NCBI RefSeq assembly: GCF_016432865.1
Contig: NC_067403.1
Coordinates: 262,570,001-262,634,000 of the forward strand
Direction: 5' to 3'
Origin: Antechinus flavipes
Taxonomy: Eukaryota
Length of the DNA: 64,000 nucleotides
Shown here: piece after piece, positions 56,371 to 64,000 of the stretch
How positions within the stretch are numbered: position 1 is the first letter of the stretch
How the letters are laid out: the number at the start of each line of letters is the position of its first letter
The notes under the pieces: model-generated
The model's database searches: none
Told to the model about the DNA's origin: nothing
Seen by the model: the letters and a program-made list of their open reading frames with translations, nothing else
Translations under genes and position numbers: made by a program

Positions 56371-57299
56371 TTTTCAATGAACAAACATGGATTTTCTCTT
56401 TTCTCCAATCTCTCCCTGCCCATTGAAAATGGAAAAAGAAATCCTTGTTATAAATTTACATCAAGCCCAATCAATTCCTGCCCTCATCCACCTTCAAGCC
56501 TCGGAGCCCAGTAGCTCCGGAAGGAGGGGCCCGAGGGCTCCTGCCGTGCTCCCTGGGACTCTTGATCGGGTCAGGCGGCAGCCTCCAGTTCTCTTCACTG
56601 TTGTGTGCAGGACTGTCCCCGGGGCATTGCGGCTGGGCAGGTGTCCCGGGCTTCTCTGACTCACCTTTTATGGCCCAGCCGCCTCCTTGTGCTGTAACGG
56701 CCTCAGTGCTGGGCACTCTCAAGACCAAGAGGCTCTCAACACTTCCCTGATCTTTGGGGGGACAGTGGCCAGTGTTGGGGTGGCTGGGTTCAGGCTTATG
56801 TGGTTAATGGCTTTTGGAGCCCAGTTCCAAATTGCTTCTCCTGTGTTACCCAGATCCACCAGTGTGCATGTAATGCTTTTTCATTCCTATGTATGACACA
56901 CGGGTGCCCCCTGCACCCATCTTGTTGTTCATTTGCTTTTCAGTCCTGGCTGACTCTTCATGGCCCCATCTGGGGTTTTCTTGGCAAAGGTGCTGGAATG
57001 TTGGCTTTGTCCTTCTCCAGCTCCTTTTACAGATGAGGAAACTGAGGCAGACTTGCCCAGGGTCATACAGCTAGGAAGTGTCTGAGACCACCCACGTTTG
57101 AGCTCCGATCTTACTGACCCAGGCCTAGCATTAATCACTTTGCTACTTGTCTTCTCGTCTTATAGATGAGCAAATTAACGTCCAAAGAGGGAAATGGACT
57201 TGGCCAAAGCCATTTCAGCCAGCTTCCTCATGGGGCCAGTGGCCTGAGGGTCAGCGGGTCAGGAGCCGGCAGGGATCACCGGCTGGGGATGAGTGTGTC

Positions 57300-58121
57300 T
57301 GTAAATGAGCTTACGAACCACTCTGACTTGCTTGAGCTCGCCAATTATGCAGGTGACCGAGAAGAGCCGTGTGAGAACCGACTATTAACTAAGACCCAGA
57401 GTGTCTTGTCATACCAACAATCCTTTGCAATGACCAGAATAGACCCAGCTGAAAAGTCAGACAGGTCTGAAGCTGAGCCACTTGGTGACTTAAGCCTTTC
57501 AAGAGACATCCTTAATGTCAACGACTTTCCTGACAGATTTAGGAAGCTTTTGGACACATCCTGTTTGATGGGTTTGGGGACAACTTTATCTCAGAGACTC
57601 CCCTAACTTTGTCTTAGAGGCCCTTCCAAAGTCTCGTTTTTGGACGCATCTCGTTATCTAATTGTCTGTGCTCAGGCCCTGGAGCCCGGACTGCTTATCA
57701 CCCAGAGTGCCTCCTGATTTGGAGATCAAAGGGTCATAGTTCAGACACCTGCAATTCCTTATTCTTCCCATCCCTCGGGAATGGGACTCACGGACCCCTT
57801 TCCTTCTAGGTCTACCTTCCACCCCTCCTCCCCCCACAAACCCTCCTCATCTTCCTTTGTTTAAAAGGCATATAAACTCTCCCCATCCGTCGTCGGTGCT
57901 CTGCTCTGCGCTGCGCAGGCTGCAGTGCCGATGGTTTTGCTTTTTATATTTTGTATTTTCCTGCTTAATAAAACCTTTAATTCCACAGGTATCATTTTCT
58001 GGTTTCCTCTGCTTTGGGGAAGGGGATTTAAAGCTTAAGAGCCGGCCTTTGTGTTCTCTGGGCATCTTCCCCTTTGGGGGAGAGATCTGCATTCCCTAGA
58101 GAGCATCTGCCTCAGTTTACA
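57300..58121 (+). mobile_element. Solo LTR with 5-bp TSD (GTGTC/GTGAC), class III-like
   Basis: TGTAAA...TTTACA ends, catataa TATA-like motif and aataaa near 57967. Confidence 0.7.
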
Positions 58122-58727
58122 GTGACTGCTCACCACCCCTCCCCCAGGCTGAGAGAGCCAAAGCGAGCCCCACCTCTGGTGTGTGCAAGGTCAGCGTTTT
58201 CCAGCTGGATTCACCCAGCAAGTGCTAAGCCTCTGGAAGCTACGAGTGCTAATTGTGGGAAGGGGGCACCTGGTTTAAACTGGGGCCTGGTCTTGCCCTC
58301 AGAGAGCCCACAGTGGCCTAGCTGTAGCTCTGCTAGAGGTACGAGAGAGGCTGGGGGCTGTCTCTTCCAGTTTGGGCAGCCAGGGAGCCCCTGGGACTCC
58401 TGCCCAGCAGGACCTTTGGACCTCCCAGCCCGTCCAGGCAAGCCTGGGGCCGCTTCATTGTGTCCCACAGCGCCGGCGGGCACCGGGTGGGCCGGGCAGG
58501 GAGCCAGGCCTGTGAAGGAGAGCTTGGCTCGGGCTCTAGCTCCTGCCATCTCTTCCTGGCAGGCTTCTTCTTTCCCTGAGCCTCTTCGGGAAGCCCGCAG
58601 AGGACTGCAGACCTTGGTGCTGGGTGATCCGGGGCCTCTCCCCTTCTCCCCTTTTCCTGGATGCCCGAGCCAGGCTCATCCGCTTTGCCCTGGTTCTCCC
58701 CGGCCAGGAGCGGCTTCCCGGAACTTT

Positions 58728-59215
58728 CTTTCTTTTTTATTTAATTTATTTACTAGTTATATGCCTGGGTAATTTTACAGCATGGACAATTGCCAAATCT
58801 TTTGTTCCACTTTTTCCCCTCCTTCCCCCCATTCCCTCCCCCCCGATTGGCAGGTTGACCGATACATGTTAAATGTAAAAGTATAAATTAAATACAACAT
58901 ACGTATACATGTCCATACAGTTATTTTGCTGTACAGAAAGAATCGGACTCTGAAATAGTGTCCAATTAGCCTGTGAAGGAAATCCAAAACGCAGGCGGGC
59001 AAACATAGAGGGATTGGGAATTCTATGTAGGTTCCTAGTCATCTCCCAGAGTTCTTTCCCTGGGCGTCGCTGCTTCAGTTCATTCCTGCTCCATTGGAGC
59101 TGATTTGGTTCATCTCATTGTGAAGAGAGCCATGTCAGAACTGATCATCATATAATATTGTTGCTGAAGTAGGTAATGATCTCCTGGTCCTGCTCATTTC
59201 ACTCAGCATCAGCGG
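58728..59215 (-). mobile_element. L1 3'UTR fragment
   Basis: Poly-T tail and similarity to the other L1 3' ends in the window. Confidence 0.75.
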
Positions 59216-59699
59216 AACTTTCTCCAAAGCTGCTCTTCCGAGTCTGTGGGTCCTCAGTGGCTGGGGCGGGGCATCTGTACAGCCGGACCCCCTGGAAATC
59301 CTTCGGCCATCGTCCCCCATCCTGGAGAGCGAGGCGGCGGCTCCACCCTCACCCGCTGGCTGCCTGACCCCGGGCAGGGCTCTTCAATGCCGCTTTTCTT
59401 ATCTGTCCAGTGGCCCTCCCAGCTCCTCCTAGGGCTGCTCAGAAGGCAGCCACTGATTAGGCTGGCACATATATGTTCAAAGGAAGTCGTCCCCGGGCCC
59501 AGCCGATTGTAAAGTCTAGGAGGGCAGAAGCCTCCTGGTGTCTCCTATCCTGGCACAGCGGCGGGCACTGGGGTGGGTTGGTGGTCACAGCCCCAGAGCT
59601 GAACAGAACCCTGAAGACTGTCTGGGCCAGAGGCTCGCCGAGCATGATCCCCGGGACACTTTCTAGGGCTCTTTGAGCTCAAACGTTTTATAATCATAC

Positions 59700-59842
59700 C
59701 ATGATCTTACCCCCTCATACCTAGCAGATGGGCTCACATGACATTAAAGGAAAACGTTGGATGTTGAAGGGGATGCCAAAGGGCATCTAGCTTTTGATCC
59801 AGCAATACCGCAGTACTACTACTAGGTCTATACCCAAGAAAA

Positions 59843-59877
<35 letters not shown>

Positions 59878-60400
59878 GAGAGACAGAGAATTATTTATAC
59901 AAAAGTATTTTGATGATGGCTCACAACTGAAAATTGAAGAGATGCTCATCAATGGGGAAATGGTTAAACAAGTTGTGATTATAATCAGGACGATTTCAGA
60001 AAAATCTCGATGGACTTTCATGAACTGATGCAAAGTAAGGTAAATAGAACCAGGAGAAAATTGCAGATACACAGGAAGGGTAGCATTGCCCGAGGAACAC
60101 TGTGAATGGCTTGACTCTTTTTCTCAGCAATGCAGTGATCCAAGACATTTCCAAAGGACTAAGGATAAAGCGCGCCCGCTCTCTGCTCCCGGGGAAAGCC
60201 TGACGCATGCTGCTTTTTTACTTCATTTCTTTTTCTTACAGTCCAGCCTTCTTGTCCAAAATGACCCATGTGGAAATGGTGGACGTAATTGCCCGTGTAT
60301 GATCGAAGTCCGATCGCTTACCGTCTCAAGGGGGAGAGTGAAGGGAAGGAAGGAAGGGATAGAATCTGGAACTCCAGACTTCACATAAAAAAAAAAAAAG
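59700..60400 (+). mobile_element. Degraded L1 3' fragments with A tail
   Basis: catcaatggggaaatggttaaacaagttgtg and atgaactgatgcaaagt motifs, poly-A near 60387. Confidence 0.55.
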
Positions 60401-60669
60401 TAAGAATCCCATGACCCTATATGTGCTGAAGATGTTCCTCCCTTTTCCCACCTTCCATCTGCACAAGATCAATCATTACACTAGATTCCATCCAGAATGA
60501 CCTGTCCCGATAGATTAGACTGACTGCAGAGCAGATGGGAGCATCCAACTGTCTCCTACTGAGCACAGCCCCAAAGTGACTGATAAGAGAGAGAAACTTG
60601 GCCCCCTTTTCACGGTGCTTTGGGCTTATTTTTCATAAAATGATGCTCGCATGTTAGCATGACATCGGC

Positions 60670-61385
60670 TTATTATTGTTTTTAAAGAACTTTTAAAAAT
60701 GAATTATAATTATTAATAAGAAATATTTAAATGTATTAATTGCTATTTAAAAGACTGAATAAACATCCTTAAAATATATCAGCTTATTGTCATTATTTTG
60801 AAATGGATATTTTAAAATGTATGAGTTCCTTATAGTATATTTTAAAAAATTAACAAATATCTTTAAAAATGTACCCATTTTATAATTTCAAAAAGATGAT
60901 TATTTTAGATCTTTCTGCTTATTACTTTGAAATGAATAATGGAAAATGTATCAATTCCTTATTATTTTCAAAAGATAAATAGCTTTAACTGTATCCATTT
61001 GTTATTTTGAAATACTTTTCAATGTATCAGTTCCTTATTATTTTAAAAAATATCTTCAAAATGTATCCAATATTATTATCTTTCAAAGAATAAATATTTT
61101 AGATGTTATTAGGATTTTTTTAAAGAATCAATACACATATGTTGTATTGAACATATTTAACGTGTATCGGTCACCCTGCCATCTAGGGGAGGGGGTGGGG
61201 GAAGGAGGGGAGAAGTTGGAACAAAAAGTTTTGCAACTGTCAATGCTGAAAAATGACCCAGGCGTGTTTTGTAAATAAAAAGTTATAATAAACAAAAAGA
61301 ATCGATACATAAATGTTTTGAAATGCAGTCATTTATTATTATTATTTTTAAAAGAACAATATTTTGAAAATGCGTCAGTTTCCAG
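60670..61385. repeat. Degenerate AT-rich, about 40-45-bp tandem array, interrupted by a short L1 insertion
   Basis: Recurrent aaaatgtatc...ttattattttc/gaaa units. Confidence 0.55.
61136..61295 (+). mobile_element. Very short L1 3'-end insertion with 14-bp TSD (aaagaatcaataca / aaagaatcgataca)
   Basis: TSD at 61122-61135 and 61296-61309, L1 3'UTR end with aataaa. Confidence 0.75.
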
Positions 61386-63350
61386 GGCCAACATGGGCGC
61401 TAGGCCGAGAGAAGCCGCGAAGCAAGAGTCTCGGAGCTTCCGGACAATGAATAATGTCCTTGAGAGCGGGAAGGCCGAGGACCGAGCCCCGAGCCTCGGC
61501 CACTGCCCCGGGCCGGTTCTCACTTTGGGGGCCCTTAGTTTCTATTTGAAAAAGCACAGGGACTCGGGGAGGCCCCTCTCTGGGCTCTCTCCCGCTCTCC
61601 GCACACGCTGCATCCCCACGCGGCGCAGACTCTCCAGAGAGGCTGGGGAACGAGGAGAGCCGACATTTACGGGGCGCCCACGGGGGGCCGGGCTCGCGCC
61701 TGCTGATGCTCTGTCCGCCTCGGACGGGGCGGATCCCGGCTTCCGGGCTTCCCGAGCCTCGGTTTCCCCCCTGCGCCTCCTCCGGCCCAGACGTCATTGT
61801 TGTCCCTCCTCAGTTCCGCGAGGGCGCTGACTCAGCGGCCCCGGAATGTGGCTCCCGGCCCGCCCCCTCCCTGCCGCCCCCGCTGCGGCTCCTTGCCTCG
61901 GGGGAGGGAGTGGGGGTGCCCGAGGTTGGGGTGCAGCTGACCAGGAAGCGGGCTCTGGCCCCCAGGGTGACAGCCCACCCCCCACAAAGGAGAGGCTGCG
62001 GCCTCCCCCCCCCCCCCGGCCCCGGCTCAGAGCTTCCTCCTGGAGACGCCCCCCGGAGCGCCCAGATGAGGGGCGCCTCCTGCCCTGGGTGGGGGCTCCA
62101 GGGACCCGAAAAGGCTCGGCCCCGCAGACTTGGGCCAAGTGCCCGGCTGGGGGTCTTGGGGGAACCTGGGCGGGGCCCTACGGGGGCGTCGTTCCCGAGA
62201 GTGTGGGTGGGCGAGCGGCGTCCGAGTGTGCACGCGTGTGTGTGTGTGTGTGTACGCGCACCTGCGTGTGCACCTGTGTGTGCCCGGCCAATGAGTCTGC
62301 GTGTGCCGGGCGCGCGTGCGCGTGTTTGGCTCTCTCCGGCCCCGCCTCCGGCCCCGCCTCTCCGCTCCCCCCGCCCTGCGCGCTAGGATTAAGGCAGGCT
62401 CGGCGGGCACGTGACCGCCGAAACTTACCCGAGCGTCAGCTGACCCAGCCGCCAGACCCGGACTGCTCCGTCATTGCCGGCCAGCTCCGGGCCCAGTCGC
62501 AGCTCCAGCGCCCCCAGCCCCGCCGCCGCCGCCATGCAGCCCTCCAGGCTGTGCCTTTGGCGCGCCTTCCTGCTCTGCTGGGCCGCCGCCCTTCTGGCGC
62601 CCGCCAGCGCCCTCCTCAGGTGAGCCCCCTCGGGCCCAGACTCAGCCTTGCAGCCGGCGGAGGGCGGGTGTGCGCGCACCCTCGGGCCCGCGCTTGGATT
62701 CGGGGAAGGGGCGGTTGTGCCCCCTCGGACCCGGCCTTGGAGACGGGGAGGGGCGGCGGGGCCGCTCTGCGCACACCCTGGGATCTGGGCTTGGAGACGG
62801 AGGGAGGGGCGGCTGTGTTCGCCCCCTCGGCTCTGCCCTCGGACCCGCGCGGTTCTGCTCCTTCCCTCGAACTCGGGCCCGGGCCCGGAGCCCAGGGGAG
62901 GCGGCTGCGCCCCCACTCGCAGCCGCGCCCTGCGCCATTTGCCCCCCATGACCCCGAAGGCCCCCCGCCATTCCCAGAATCCCCCCTTCCCGTGGGCCTG
63001 GGCCTCTGCCCGGCGGGTCCTCATCCACGCCTTGGGCACCGCCCGGCGGCAGGACGCCCCGTCTTCACTCCCTCCGCAGCCGGCTGGGCGCCCCCGAGGG
63101 CCCTCCTAGCCTAGTGCCCGCCCTGGGGGCGCCTAACGAGTGCGGGTCCCCTCTGGCTTCTCCAGGTCGGGCCCCGCCTTGGCCATGTCTCCTGGGAAAG
63201 GGGGCGGGCCGCCCCGCGCTGATCCTCCGGGTGCCCCCGGGCTCCCGCTGCCCTGCAGAACCTCCTCCTCTTCCCCTGGAAAACGGGGAGCCGGCGCCCT
63301 GCCCGTGTCCCGGGCCGCTCTCGGCTGGCACTGCCCACGGTGCCCTGGAA
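61380..63350. promoter_or_regulatory. CTSD CpG island and promoter: GC boxes 62340-62376, CLEAR/E-box GGCACGTGAC 62406-62415
   Basis: High CpG density, Sp1 motifs and a CACGTG motif upstream of the CTSD ATG. Confidence 0.75.
62534..62619 (+). CDS. CTSD: Cathepsin D exon 1, signal peptide (MQPSRLCLWRAFLLCWAAALLAPASALLR, phase 2)
   Basis: gccgccATG Kozak and AG|gtgagc donor. MQPS...APASAL(V/L)R matches human CTSD exon 1, and the synteny is correct. Confidence 0.88.
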
Positions 63351-63529
63351 AGGCTGCTCCAGGCTGGGCGGGGCCTGGGGAAACTGAGCCCGGAGGAAGG
63401 GGGGAGGCTGCAATGCCCCCCCCAGGTTGGAAGAGGGGTTCACCCCCGGGAGGGAGCCCAGGTCCTGGGGCAGGTGGGGCTGGACCCAGCCTCCTTGTCC
63501 TGAGGCCCCTGCAGCAGCTGAGGCAGGAG

Positions 63530-63732
63530 AGGGAGGGAGGCTGCTCTGCCCCTGGGGGGGGGGAGGGAGGGAGGCTGCTCTGTCCCTGGGGGGGGGAGAG
63601 GGAGGGAGGCTGCTCTGTCCCTGGGCCTGGGGGGGGGGGGGAGGGAGGGAGGGAGGCTGCTCTGTGGGGGGGGGGGGGGGGGAGGCTGCTCTGTCCCTGG
63701 GGGGGGGGGGCAGGAGAGGGAGGCTGCTCTGC
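63530..63732. repeat. G-rich, about 36-40-bp tandem repeat, about 6 copies, in CTSD intron 1
   Basis: Units of ggagggaggctgctctgtccctggggggggg. Confidence 0.8.
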
Positions 63733-64000
63733 CCCTATGAGCTTCCTCCTGAGCCGACTTCTGGAAAGGCTGGGGTGGAGGCCAGAGCCTTCCTTGGCCT
63801 TCCTCCCAGACCGGGTGACCTTGAGCAGGCGCCCCTGGCAGCCTGAATGGGCCCTCCGGGGCCGCAGCCCCTCCCCTCCAATCAGTTCCTCTCCGAGCCC
63901 CAGGAGCTGCCAAGGTCACGGGGCTGAGGTTCATGGGGGGGGGGGGGGCAGGGATCATGGTTGGGCCCAAACGGGGCCTTGAAGGCCGGGTCAGGCCTCT

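Noticed and set aside
56057-56377. ORF KKVQVRKNIEEALYALNQAK..., considered as a processed pseudogene
   Set aside because: I recognised no protein family, and the nucleotide motifs fit a decayed plus-strand L2 3' end.
61846-63114. 422-aa ORF spanning the CTSD promoter
   Set aside because: CpG-island artefact in a different frame from the CTSD signal peptide.

Overview
GC-rich mammalian genomic DNA, most likely marsupial: it carries RTE, L1, L2, CR1/L3 and WSINE/MAR-type SINE fossils and no Alu or B1. It is syntenic with the human 11p15.5 segment next to the IGF2/H19 domain. Gene content from left to right: LSP1 exon 1 (-), complete TNNI2 (-, 182 aa), complete SYT8 (-, 386 aa), an intact 6-exon cytosolic 5'-nucleotidase I (cN-I/NT5C1-like) gene (+, 315 aa), a 30 kb TE-rich spacer, and CTSD exon 1 (+) in a CpG island. 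The cN-I gene is the main discovery candidate. To my knowledge it has no counterpart between SYT8 and CTSD in human or mouse, and it is far too divergent to be NT5C1A or NT5C1B. Other notable signals: a minisatellite made of copies of the SYT8 5' splice donor; a minisatellite of 3'-acceptor-like units and a 42-copy VNTR in the cN-I gene; eight strong CTCF motifs, including a divergent pair; an inverted pair of solo LTRs; and a p53-element-like minisatellite. Exon coordinates were read by hand from splice sites and reading frame. Comparisons to human proteins and TE consensus sequences are from memory and need alignment. There are two assembly gaps (5882-6050, 50605-50801).
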